DNA of 64,000 nucleotides, from NCBI RefSeq assembly GCF_036321535.1, contig NC_087437.1:74650001-74714000 (forward strand), written 5' to 3'. Shown here piece by piece: positions 50,101 to 63,700 of the stretch. Source of the DNA: Camelus dromedarius. Lineage: Eukaryota. The position numbers were made by a program, and so were the translations under genes. The notes below the pieces were generated by a model. That model was given only the letters and a program-made list of their open reading frames with translations. It was not told the origin of the DNA and did not search any database. The number at the start of each line of letters is the position of its first letter. Positions within the stretch are counted from its first letter, which is position 1.

Positions 50101-53100
50101 CCTATTCCACCCTGCTGTGCATAGATCCTACTTTCCCCTAGTCATGACTCGGCTTGAGGTAGCATATAATCAGTATTTTGTAGCATCAAGAATGGGTCGG
50201 CTGGGAGGTAATATGGTCAGTGAGAGATTTCAACAACTGATTAGAGATGCTCGAGCCAATAAATAAGGCAATGGCAGTAGAATCACAGGAGAGACAAAAT
50301 CAAGCAAGATGTGTACATGTTTGACCTGTAGGACTTTGACCTATTGGAGTGTAAGGAGAAGGAGTCTCGTAAGTAGTTGCTATGTTCCTGCCTTTAGATT
50401 ACTAGATGGATAATAATACATCTCAAAAGAGAAGGAATACAGAAGGTGAAAAGTTGATAGCAATGACACTGAGTTTAGTTTTCTAATATGTTTGAAGTGT
50501 ATGCAGGATACTCCAAAACTTGGGTCAATAATGCAGACAAAAAATTGGGCTAGAAATACATATATGGGAGTCAGCATGTAGGTGGAAGTTGAATTTGGAA
50601 AAATGGGTGAGGCTGCTCTAGGAAAGCATGAAGCATGGTCAAGGGCAGAGAAATGAACCCCATGGGACAGCAGTGTTTTAGGAGTTAGGTGGGGAAGAGA
50701 AGCCAGAAAAACCATGAGACCAGGATGGAAAGGAACTAGATAGAGTAAGAAGTTATGTTAAAAAATTTGAACAGTCAAAGAAGGGAGAGAGCAGTAGTTA
50801 AGTAAAATGATAGCGTCAAAAGAGATGTGTGTTTTGTTTTAAGTGGGACGAGCTAAAAAATGTTTGTGTGCTAGTTAGGTAGAACTTGTAAAGAGTGAGA
50901 GGTAGAAAATTCAGAAAGTGAGTGACTTCTAGGGACTTAGGAGGGAGTGACTTCAGTTTGCTTTGCTTGGCCTGGGTCCCCATCCTTTGTCATTCACAGT
51001 CCTCATATAGTGGCAATTGCTCAGGAGTCCAAAATTTCTTCGCACCAATTGGCAGCCACTTCAAGAGGACAACATGAATTGAGCTTTCCAGCTCCAACAT
51101 GTTTCACATGCACTCCATCTGTCTCAAAGGAAACAGATCTTGAAAATGCAGTATGGATTTAATATGGAAAGAGGAGGATAGGAAAAAAACTTGGTTTGAC
51201 TTGCCAAGGGTAATTGCTGGTGGAGTTAAACCTAAATTTGCAACTATTATTGGAGAATCTACAGCCAAATCAAATCCTTGTCCATTCATCAAAAGTTGCT
51301 CTCCCTGTCTTATTTCCCCGGACACTGTGCTCTGTCCTAACCACCTGCTCTGATTTATACAGAACAGAGGAGAGACCCTACTGATCTGGATTCTGAATTT
51401 AAGATTCTCCTAGTCATGACTGTTGCTTCATGATACAGAAGTTATTTTCTCAAAAGAAAAAAAGCAAAAATGCTCATTTATTCTCAATCAGAAGGTGAAG
51501 ATCTGTAACCACTGCTTTAAAGTAGAAATGAATTTTCAATAGTCCTTGAAAGTGGGAATTTCTTGAAATGAAGGACATGGCAAACTTGAGAACATTTTTC
51601 AGAGTGCAACTTTCATTTTCTACTCAGAAAACTGAAGAACTCAGTAGCTGTTCCTTCCACTTGGTAAAGATAGTGAACCAGAATTTCTAAACTGTTTCTC
51701 AGAAAGTTAGGGTTCTGTGGGATGTCTTATGGGCTTTTCATTTTCAATCAGAGTTGCTCCACTTTTATGATTTGTGTCAGTGCTCCACAAACATTTACTA
51801 TTGTAGAGCATGTTTCTCTCATTAAAAAAAAAGCTTTTGAAAAGCACTTATCTAAACAAGAAACACACGCATTTAAATATTTAATTTACCATATAGTAAA
51901 TAAAATACACTTGAAATAGGTAATTCATTTTTATTTCAGAACCATTGTCTATTATGGGGATAAATATTAGGATGCTAATATTCATAAACAATTTTTTCTT
52001 TCTTTTTAAAATCTGTACCTTACAGTCTAGGTTATTTTTTATAGCTTAGCATCCATTAGTGGCTGCTTTTGAGTTTTGAGGTATATACTGAGCCTGAAAC
52101 TGAAGTTGGTTCAACATGATTTAAAAGTCCTTTGTTGCACCTAATTAAGAGTTTTCTCTGCCCAGGCACTGAGCTGAGCATGGGGAGAATAAAGATGAGT
52201 CTGAGAACTTCAAAGTGTCACAGTCTGGTAGGAGAGTCAGGTCAGTCTGTTATCAGTGTTCACCGTATTCTTTAGAGCAGCAGCACAAAAGGGGATTGGT
52301 GTCATGAAGGGGAAAAGTGGAAGCTGATGCAGTATGAAGCACTAGCATTGATCTAGTCTCTGTTCTGAGCCAGACACAGTGCAATGCTCCAGGTAGACCA
52401 CTGCTCTCTGGTGTCTGCTGTATGTTAGGGGAGATGAAGTTAAATAAGCAAAATGGGAAATATATACAGATTTACACATTTAAATGAATTATATGAAGGA
52501 AACGTGTGAGAGTAACAAGAGCAAACTCTTTTAGGGTCCCTTCAGGAAATTGGCATTTAACCTTAAAGAGTAATAGAATGCTAATTATTGCTACAAAGGC
52601 AATAGTATTATGATATACAAATGAATCAAATAATATGTTGTATAGTTTAAGTTTACACAATGTTACATGTCAAATGTACTTCAATTAAAAATAAGTTTAA
52701 AGGAGTCAGATGAGTGAAGAGAAAGGAAAGTGTTCTTGTTAAAAAAAAAACAACAAAAAAATCAGTCCCTGAGCTGAATCTGGTCAAGCCCTTTTATAGT
52801 AAACACAGAGGACAAAAGAATACCCTAAAATGGAGGAATAAATGAAATTAGCAAAATCCAGATAGAAAACTACAGGAAATTCACATAATTCTTTAAACAA
52901 CAACAACAACAAAATTCGTGAGGAAAATAAAAAACAGAGGGAGAATATTCAGATTAAAGAAAACTTAAGGCATGTATCTAATGACAGTGTGTAGCCCTTA
53001 TCTGGATCCTGATTCCAACAGATTGTTAAAACAAGAAAATGCGGGAAAGTATATGAGACAATTGCATATTTAAATACTGCTAGATATTTAGATAGGCTGA

Positions 53101-54649
53101 ATAGTTTGATAATATTAAATAATTATTTCAAATTATTTTTAGATATGAAAATGATATTGTGATTATAGTTAGAGAAAGACTTTTTCCCCCTGAATTTATA
53201 AGTGAAAAGTATGAGGTCTGGTACTGCCTTCAAAATAACCCAGGGGAGGGGTCTAGATGGTGATTTAGATGAAATCAGACTGGCAGGGAGTCAATAGTTA
53301 TTGAAGCTGGATGATGGATGGCTCCATGAGGGTTGGTGACATTACTGTCTACTTTTATGTTTGAACTTTCCTGTAATGTAATAATTTCAAAAAGCAGGAG
53401 GAAAAACCCAAGAAAATAAATAAAATAATTATATTATAATAAATGCTTTAAAAAGAAACTAACAAATGGTCTTCCCACTTAAATTCTATCCTAACCTAAA
53501 GCACTGGAATCAGTTCAGGCTACCAGGTCAACTCCTCTCTAAATCATCCAGAAAAAAACTTGTCAGGTGGGGCCACACCCAAGTTGGGAGAGGAGTGCTT
53601 TCTGGGTTGAATCTTCACTACAGATTCAGTTTCTTTCCTGGAAGGGAGGAGCCAGGATTCCAGCCATAGTCTGCCTAATCCAAAACCATTTGGTCACACC
53701 CTGATCTAATCAATGTTGATAGATTTTAGGTGCAGAAGAACTACCCTGAGGGCTTGTTGAAGCACAGATTCCTGGGTCCTGCCCTCAAGGATCTGATTCT
53801 GAAGGTCTGCGGTGGACTATCATAGTTTATTTTTCCAATCAACTCTTCAGTAAACTCCCTGGCACTTTGAATATGATATAGTACTAAATTAAACTCACCC
53901 AGGCTCTCTGGGTCCTGAGACTGATGGACCAGGTTATTCTCCTAGTGGCAGAGAAAGGCCACTATGAGACCAGTGGATTCCAGTGCTGCCATGTTGTTTG
54001 TGAATATTTTCCTTTAGTAATTCTGGCGCCTAGGGTGACCAATGAAAACATCTGTGACTTCTCCAGCCTCATGCCTTGTTATATCCTGCCTCCAACATTA
54101 TCTTCAAGCAGTCCCCAAGTTCTTGCAGTTTCTTCTCCTGCATTCATTAGTGTATCACTTGCCTTAGTGTTTTGACTCTTGCTGTTCTTATTCTGAACAG
54201 CCAAACCCTTCCGTTCTACTCAGCTCACCATTATTGCAAGCTTAAATTTTGTTTTTAGAACTAGGTCCAGGATAGATCATGTTATCCAACCCTTACAATC
54301 TAAATCTAATCTCCCAGTGAGTGACACACCCATGGGTATAAAGCAACTATAAAATACCTCTAAATCTCCTGTTCCTGCTACAAAACATCATTCATCACCA
54401 ATATTGTTTACAAATATTGTTTATTCATTTGTAACTTGTCAGCAACTGTTTGTCATTTTCAGTTTTCTTCTGTCTCGCCTTAAAGGAGTAAAGACCAAAA
54501 TTTTTTTAAAAATTAAGAATGATATTAATTACCCAATAATTTAACTCTCACCTAATAGACAAGACTAGATAAAAAACTGATGAAATTATCAGACTGTCAG
54601 ATTAAGAGGCAGGAGAAAAAGAGGAAGATGGAAACAGCTCTTCTGGGAA

Positions 54650-54686
54650 ACAGGAAGTAGAAGGAGACATTTGCTTATAAAAGGAG
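54650..54686 (+). promoter_or_regulatory. Candidate DPPA2 core promoter: ETS-like ACAGGAAGT plus TATAAAAG
   Basis: TATAAAAG at 54676-54683, 94 nt before the ATG; paralogous to DPPA4 block. Confidence 0.55.
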
Positions 54687-54769
54687 TGCTAGAAACCCTC
54701 AGGTTAAAAAGGACTGAACTGCAGATATCCTTAACGTTGCTGGCTTTGCTTTTCTCTGAGTTCCTCTAA

Positions 54770-54793
54770 ATGGACTGCTCAGATTACGAGAAG
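54770..54793 (+). CDS. DPPA2: DPPA2 first coding exon (MDCSDYEK)
   Basis: AAATGG start context, AAG|gtaagt donor, 24 coding nt as in DPPA4 exon 1. Confidence 0.8.
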
Positions 54794-57700
54794 GTAAGTT
54801 TAGTTTGAATATAAATAATTTTGCCAGATTCACCTTTTTTTCTTTTTTTTGAGGGGGTGGGGGGAGATAATTAGGTTTACTTATTTACTCGATAATTTTT
54901 TTACTTATTTACTTTTAGAGGAGGTACTGGGGATTGAACCCAGGACCTTGTGTATGCTAAGCATGTGCTCTACCCCTTTAGCTATACCCTCCCCCCAGGT
55001 TCACTTTTTAAAGCCTTTCCAGAGCTCACTTATAGTTCCCTCTTTCTTTCTTTCTTTCTTTTTTTTTTTCTTAACGGAGGTACTGGAGATGGAACCCAGC
55101 ACTGCTAAGCATGAGCTCTACCACGGAGCTATTCCCAACCCCTGTATTTCCCTCTTGTCATGAGTCTTTCTGAATGTAAGAAATCTCCAACAGGGAACCT
55201 CCTCTTTGCAAGTGGATTATTATTTTTCTTTTTTTTTCCAATGTAATAAATTTTTTTTTGTTAAAAATTTTTTAATTGAACTGTAGTTGATTTTACAAAT
55301 GTTAATTTCAGGTGTACAGCTAAGTGATTCAGTTATACATATACATATATATGTATATTTTTTCAGGTTCTTTTCCATTATAGCTCTTTTCAGGAAATTG
55401 AATATAGTTCCCTGTGCTATACAGTAGGTCCTTGTTGTTTATCTGTTTTGTATATGGTAATGTGTAATTGTTAATCCCAAACTTCTATCTTAGCCCTCCT
55501 CCCCCTTTCCCCTTTGGTAACCATAGTTTGTTTTCTACGTCCTGAGTCTATTTCTGGTTTGTAAATAAAATTTGTATCTTTTTTTAGATTCCACATGTAA
55601 GTGATATTATATGATATTTGTTTTTCTAACTTAATATGATAATCTCTAGTTCCATCCATGTTGCCACAAGTGGCATTATTTCAATTCCTTTTTATGGCTG
55701 AGGATTATTACCTTTCTTTCACATGATTGTGGCTTTGTATATATTTGCGTGAAAGTGAAAAGGAGAAACTAAATATTTTTGCTCCAAAGTAAGAGATTCA
55801 TTTTGTCAAAAGTCGTGTTTTAGCTGGGCAAGATAAAACGGTAAAGAAATGGAGAGCTACAGGAAAAAGAAAGTGAGGTAGGGTAATGTGGATAAGGTCG
55901 GAAAGTGAAGTGACTAGTTGGTTTCTTTCCTCTGTGTGTATGAAGTAACTAATTTTCCAATGGCCTTGGTACCAAATGGGTTCCTGACTAGGGTTGGGTA
56001 GTCCTGGACTAGAGGAGAAAATAAATTGAATAAATTTCATAGGTATTTACAAGGACCTCTATTCCAGGCTAGAGGACTAAATTGATCCATATTTAGTATA
56101 TGATTATGGGCAAGTCATCTAGCTGCTTTGAGTCCCCACTTACCTCTAATCCCCCCATAATGTCAATTTTTTTTAAGCTGACCAGGGAAGAATGTACAGG
56201 AGTGCTTTGAAAAAGTGGCATGCAAATGCAAAATCACTGAAAGCATGAGAGCAAGGGGAAGTCATTGAAGAGATTAGGCAGGGGGAAGGACATGGCCCAT
56301 CAGCTCTTGGCCATTCTGAGAGGAGTATTACAACAAGGCTGGAATGGAATTTGTTCACCCTTGGACTTGAGAGGAAAAGCTAAGAAACTTAAGCATATGT
56401 GACTACGGCATTGGTCTTTTAATTTCTGACAGTCAGCTGACTAATTTGTAAAGTAGGAAAGCTAACAAATTACTACAAGTATGTTATAGGATTAAATGAG
56501 AGAAACACAGAAAGCTCCTACCATAGTGCATGTGTACTGTACAAAACCAGTGAAATCAGTTTCTACCTATCCACGTTGTCTCTTATTCATTAAATCATTA
56601 AAAGAATGTTAAACGTCCATTCCGCTGGGCACTGTGTGAGCCCTGTGATTGCAATGGAGAGTAAAACATATATTTGCTCCTCTCATGTCATGAGGCTGAA
56701 ATAAGGTTGGTATGGCTGAAGCTCAGAAAGTTCAGGGATCTTAAACTGGAAAGGTAGGCAGGGGCTGACTGTTCAAGAATTTGCAGGTTACATGAGGGAG
56801 TTTTATCTTTAACTTGAATAGCAATGATAAGCCACTGAAATATTTTAAACAAACAGGAGAGTTGTCTGCAGAGAGGGGTTAGAATGGGTTTGGGAATAAC
56901 AGGAGATTATTACACCTGCCAGTGAAAGTTGATGACAGCTTGAAACACATGAAAGAAGATGGCAAGGCAGAAACACCTTCCACACAGATTTAGGAGCTAA
57001 AATGAAAGTATTTGGAGTTTTAGCTTTTGGAGAGGAAGGCCATGTAGGAAACGGTTTCCCCAAACCAAGCTCTGCTCTTTAACTTCCGCTTATCACCCGT
57101 ATGTAAATCTGCTTTTGCCCACTTCCTCGTTGCTTCCCTTATCTAATAGAGGGTCCACTAATCAAAATCAAATTCAAGAAACCTCAATCGTCTCTCTATC
57201 TCACTATTGGCTTCTCAGTTTTTTCACTTCTTTTTTTTAGAATGGAGGTACTGGAGATTGAACCCAGGACCTCATGCAAGCTAAGCCACGCTGTAAACCA
57301 CTTACCTATACCCCCTCCACCGCTGCCCCTGCCACTTCTCAGTTTATTCATTAGTTGCATCATGAAAGTAAACATTTTAGTTGCACAGCATCAAATGAGA
57401 ATCAATGATTGACCCTTTCTTTTCCAGAATTTCTTTGAGGAGGCATTAGATGAAGAAGAAAATGTGGTTCTTACATTAGTTCCAGTTAATGAAGAAATTG
57501 TTGAAGAGTATCAAATGGAACCAGGTATTTCTTCAACTTCAGAAGCCGACCTGGAGCCACTGAGTACAAACGATCAAGGTATGAGGACAACAGGGTTATC
57601 TCAGTTTGCTGCTCCGCCAGCTCTGGGAAGCCCAGGAAAAGTAAGGTTTTTCTTCCTCTATCCTTTGACTATACAACACCTGGCTTAAATCTCGCCTTGA

Positions 57701-60700
57701 TTATCTGTGGTAAGAGATTTCTCAGACACTCATACTTCTCATTTGCTAAGCATCATGTACTGTCCAGCTTGTAAGAAGATATAAAAAATAGGTCCGTGGA
57801 GTGCTTCGGTCAGAGTAGGATCTTACGGGGCAGCTAGGTATAAGCTCACATTCTTAAGCCATGAAGCTCAGTCTTCTCTCCATTTTAGTGAACACATTTT
57901 TTACATACCCCTTATGAAGACCAAATAGTTTCTCCTAGCTTTTTGAGGTATAATTGGCACATAACCTTGTGTAATTGTGTAATTTTAAGGTGTACAATGT
58001 GATGATTGATATACGTATATACTGCAAAGTGATTACCAAAAGAAAGTTAATTAACACATCCATCACCTCACACAGTTAGCTCTTTTCCCTCCTTGTGGTA
58101 AGAACACTTAAGATTTATTCTTATCAACTATAAAGAATACAATATAGTATTGTTAACTATAGTCACTATGCTATATATTAGATCCCCAGAACTTATTCAT
58201 CTTATAACTGAAAATTTGTACCCTTTGATCCAAATCTCCTCATTTCTGCCACCCCCAAGTTCCTTGTAATCACTAATAAACTCTCCATTTCTGAGTTTGG
58301 CTTTTTTTAGATTCCACATATAAGCAAGAGCATATGGTATTTGGTCTAAATTTGGTCTAAATATTGGGAGACTAAATAATTTTGAAAAACATCTAGTCTT
58401 TTGCTTGGTAAATAATTACTGATCAAATACCATGACCCTTATTCTCACGGCTTTCTATAAAGGCATTGAATATGTATTTTCAAAATAATTTTATTTTGGG
58501 GCCCAGTAATGGGGACCTGAAGATGAAGTAGATAGTGACAAGTTAGAGCTCAGCAAAGTGATGTGAGACAGGGTATATTTTCTCTGTAGAGAAAAATGAG
58601 GCAGAATGACAGAATGGAGGACCATGTTGGTTGGGGTGGTTTTAATTATTTATGTAGGGACAGCTAATATTTTGTGATCCAACATCTAGATATTTTGGAG
58701 GAGCAATTCAACATAATGTTCTATCCAGTTGGTTGTTGATGGCTACAGAAAACAGGTTTCTGTATGTAGTGTGAAAAACATGGAATTGAGAATTTTAAAG
58801 CATGGATCTGAATCCTAAGTCTGCCATTTTAATGGTGCTGTTATCTCAGGCAACCTTTAATTCCTGAATCTATTACCTTATTTGTAAGATGAGGAAAAAT
58901 ATTTGATATGCATATGTGCAAATTAGGTGGTGAGAAATAAGTAAGAACTCTGTAAAATTATAAAAGATCTTAAAAATATTAAATGATTACTACTTTGGTT
59001 CTCTCTTTTTTTATCGGTTCATCTTCCTCAAGTGAATGAACAGTTCAAAGCATGCCCCAAATCTAGCTGTAGTAAACCCATCTTTCCCTTGCCAACCACT
59101 TTGCCTCCAGTTAACAAAGTGAGTCGGGACACTTTGCGGAACTGGTGCCAACAACTTAATTTAAGTACAGATGGAAAGGTGAGTGCATGGGTGGGACTCT
59201 CTGGTGCTTGCAACAAGCATGGGAAGGAAGCTCTGCTAGCTTTTAATTTTTATTTCCCTTCTTAATTCCCCTAGAAAGTAGAGGTTTATCTGAGACTCCA
59301 GAAACATGCTTATCCTGGAAAAAATCAGGTGAGTGAGGAGTGTGGTGACGTTAAGTTCTGATTGTGAATTTTTCCTCCTCTCCCACCGCCACCTCCATTA
59401 ATGTTGTACCATGAAGACAAGGTTTTTCAACCAAAACAGTTGAACATTTTGGGCCAAATAATTTCTTTTTTGTTTTTTTGGGGTGGGGGTGCTTCCCTCT
59501 GATTTTTTTTTGTAGGGGGGGTGGGAGGAGGTAATTACCTTCATGTACTTACGTATTTTTTTGGATGGAGGTACTGGGGATTGAACCCAAGACCTTGTGC
59601 GTGCTAGGCATGTATTCTACCACTGAACTATACCCTTCCCCCTGCTCTGTTTTTCAGGATGTTTAGCAGCCTAAATATCCCTGGCCTCTACCCACTGAGT
59701 GTCAACCCCCACTCCCTACACAGAGTTTTAGCAATCAAAAATTCCTCCTAGTTGAGAACTGCTGCTCTAAGGGAACTAACATTCCTGAACCTTTCCCGCA
59801 CTAACATTCATGGGTCGTGTATAAGGAATGATAAAATCGACCCAAACGTCTGAATGCTCATCGTGAATTCCATTTGCAGTATGTTCCTCAGTCATCACAG
59901 GAGGCCAGATTGCAGTCATGTTCAAGGAAACACAAGATGGTGACCAAGAGAGCAAGCACTGGGAAAAGTAAGAGGAGCGAGAGGGAGGAAGGGACCAACG
60001 TGGTTGAAGTGATAACTTCAGCTCAGGAAGCTATGTTGGCAGCATGGGCAAGAATCGCCGCAAGAGCCGTTCAGTCTAAGGCTGTGAATTCACGTCCGGT
60101 TCCTTCTTCTGTGGAGACTTTTCTGCCACAAGCCGCTGGTAAGATCAGCCTTATAAAGTGAGCATGATGCCGGAGAAAGAAGGTGCACTTCTATTAGTCC
60201 AATACTGACGGTAGTGAAAGGGAAAGAGTTAGTTAAAATATCTGCAGATTGGATATTAGGCTCACCGAGGGCTTATGCTGTGACTGACAGATAGCCGAGG
60301 TTTGCCTGAATGGTTCTCTGCGTCAGGTAACTGAGTGGAACCCTTCCCCACCGCTAAGCACAAGTCCAAGGTGGGAAGAAAGCATAATGTGGTCAGCCAC
60401 AGCCTGAGGTCTTCCCTTTTTCGTTTCCTTCCTCAGGGCTTTCATGACATAGTAAGATGGTGTTAGAATTAAACAGCTTTGGATCAAATCCTTGTCTTAT
60501 GCCACTTCCTAAGTATGTGGCACTGACAGCTTACTCAGCGTAAGCTACTTAGCGTAAGCGCTGGTACCCCGGCGGATGAAATGATCTCTACCACCCTCCT
60601 TCACAGAACGATCGTGAGGCTTATGGGATACAGCTCGGCATATTTAAAGTAGGCAGCATACTTAAAATGTTTGGGCCCCCTGTCCTCTTAAGGAACCCGG

Positions 60701-63700
60701 AGAATAACTTAGTCTCATCATTTTCCATTTCCTGTTCCTTTCTCTTTGATATTTTTGTTTTCATCTCCAGCAGACCCTACCTCAGGCCAGCACAAAGTCA
60801 TCCTTTTACATGCCTTGAATTCTTTTCCTCTCTCCACTCCATTTCCAGAAGTGTCTTAGATCCTCTTTTATTTGGGACTGACTTGTGTGGTAAAGCACTC
60901 TGTTCATTACACAGAGAAGCCAGCTAAAAAGAAGACAGAGCCAAAACTGGCCTGTTAATAGCACCTCAGGTTTACTCATCCTTCTGGCTGCTCTTCATTC
61001 AGCAGTTACTAAGTACCTGCAGGGGTCCAGGAGTATGCCTGGCCACGGGGCAAACTGTGCTAAACGCACATAATCTCTACTCTTGTTGTACAGCCTGACT
61101 GGGAAGATTTTATAGATGTTAAGCCCACAGTGACTGCTCCTTTCTCTCAATTTCAGACACTTGATATCTATAAGACTTACTCTGTTGTCTCTCAAATATC
61201 CCATCTCCCCCGTCAGATTTTTCCTTAGACTTTTAAACAAAGATCCTTTTGCGTGTTTCCTATAGTTGAGGCAGTACAAGGTAGTGGTTAGGCCAGTGGA
61301 CTGTGAGCCAGAATACCTAGATCCATGTCTTGGTTCTGGGAAAATTATGATATTTTAACAATATAAGCTTCACTTACCCCACTTGTAAATTAAAGGAAAT
61401 AGAAGGTAAATATTACTAACATTCTTAAGAATATATGTCTGAATACATGTAAACCACTTAGCAAAATCCTGAACACAAAGCAGATTTTCCCAAAACTTAA
61501 TTATTATTATTCCTTGTGCTGTGTAATTTGTGACGTTAGATTATAGTGTGTTTTGTTCTGCATTCTTCATGCTTCTCATTCAGCTGATTCATCAACAGAA
61601 TATAAGAGCAAAATCAAGAGTGACTTGCTGAGGGGTTGGATTGGGGTGCTGGTACCTGACCTTAGCAGTTTATAGTTGCTTCTCTTTCCCCGGCCCAGGT
61701 GTCAGGTGGTGCGTGGTCCACGGCAGGCCTCTCCTGGCAGACACAGAAGGCTGGGTTCGCCTGCAGTTCCATGCAGGTCAGGCCTGGGTTCCAAACACTC
61801 CCAGGAGGATGATCTCTCTCTTCCTGCTACCTGCCTGCACTTTCCCATCCCCACACCTGGAAGATAATATGTTATGCCCTGAATGTGCTAAGAGGTAACC
61901 CTTAAGTGTCTTTCTAAGTATGATACACAGAAAGGTAGATGTCTAGGTGCTTTCTAAGTATGATACACAGAAAAGTAGATGTCTAGGTGGGTCTCTGAAT
62001 AATTTAGTAGGAGAAGGCAGAGGGCAAACATACTGTTTTCTTAATTTTGCCATATAGATCAGGCAAAGTAGTAGTGGATTAGAACTCAGATAAATGTGGC
62101 TTCTTCTTAACAATCTTAAAGTATTTGATAGGTTACGACCTTAACAGCCTCAATTCTAGAGAGATCTGTTTTAAGAAAGAAAAAAATTAAGATTTCTTAC
62201 TCTGTGTCAGATACTTAGGAGGGGATAAAAAAATTCGTAAGACAAAACCCATGCAGTACGCTGGAATGAAAATGAGTAAGAGATGCTATGAAAATATATG
62301 GGTAGTACCTATATTGGAGTAGTTCAGGGACAATTCAGAAGGAATTACATGCATTGAGGAAGAGCTTACCCGTAACCAGGTAACAATTAGGGCATTTTGG
62401 TAGTGGAAACAACCCATAACAATACATGGAAATGGAAGAATATGACATACTTAGAGATTGCAAATAAGTCGACATGATTGAATCTTATTGACAAATAAGC
62501 CTGGGAAGAGAAGGAGCAGACTATTGAAGGGTTCATATCTATATTAAGGCCTCATATGTTAGCCTGTGGGTCATAATTTCTCAGTCCCCTTTGGGACATA
62601 GACTGTTTTGGGAAAATAATGATAATTACATCCCCTCCATCCAAGAAAATGCACATCGGGCACACACATAAGCAGTGCTTTGGAATTTCTATAGGCATAG
62701 AATTCCTAATTGTCATCCATGAGTGCAGAATTTAGCTTTTGATGGTGGAATTGGGTGGAGGTGATGTGAGATGGATGCGAAGGGAAATTAAGGGTCTATT
62801 TTTAGGAAGTAGATTGAAATCTTGCCATGGAGACTAGAAACAGAGGGTGAGATTAATAATTCTGGAAAGATATAATTTATGATTAAATTGGCAAAGAATT
62901 TAGAGAGGAATGGGCCAAATTTAAGAGTTGTAGGAGTATAGAGGACAGGACGCCATCTTATTAGAGGAAAGGTAGAAGTTCAGTTCAACAGCAAAAAATA
63001 TGTCATGTGGGACATGCTTTATGTGGGTCTAACTTTCAGAGAGAAGTATGGGTTAGAGAGAAACATCTTCGGGAGTCATTAACATACAAATTAAACATAA
63101 ACATATGTAGGAATTAGAAGGGACAGAGGAAAGAAACCTTAAAGAGAATCAGCATATTGGTGGCAGGTAAGCAACAGAGACTGAAAAAGTGCATTTAGAG
63201 GTGGGGAGATGAGAAAAGAAAGCACTGGATAGAGTGGTTCAGAAGGAAGTGGTTGGCAGTGAGAAGGCCTGGCAAGATTATGATTGAGTGCTGTTGGGAA
63301 TGTCAATTTGGGATGTCATTGGTAGGCTTTATGTGAGTAGGTTGAGAGGGTCAGGTGATAGTGATAAGTCCGAGTAGAGCATGTGAAGGACTGGGAACCA
63401 GTCATATTGATGATCTCTACTACCTGAGCAGAGCATAGGAGATAGCAGATAGTTGAGGCAGTAATATCAAGGGAGCTTGTCTCCCTCCCTTCCTCCCACC
63501 CTTCCTCCCTCCCTCCCTCTCTTCCTTCCTTCCTCCCTCTCTTCCTTCCTTCCTTCCTTCTTTCCTTCTTTTCTTCCTTCTTTCCTTCCTCCCTCCCTCC
63601 CTTCTTCCTCCCTTCCTTCTGCCCTTCCTCTCTTTTTCTTCTTTTTAATTTTTAATGGAAAAGCCATGAGTGTGTGTGAATAGAGAGGGGATGTCAGAGA

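Noticed and set aside
53560..53669. tgtcaggtgg resembling the start of exon 6 (VRW)
   Set aside because: Similarity ends after three codons
63467..63683. ORFs rich in GRKE or LPSF
   Set aside because: Translation of a CCTT microsatellite
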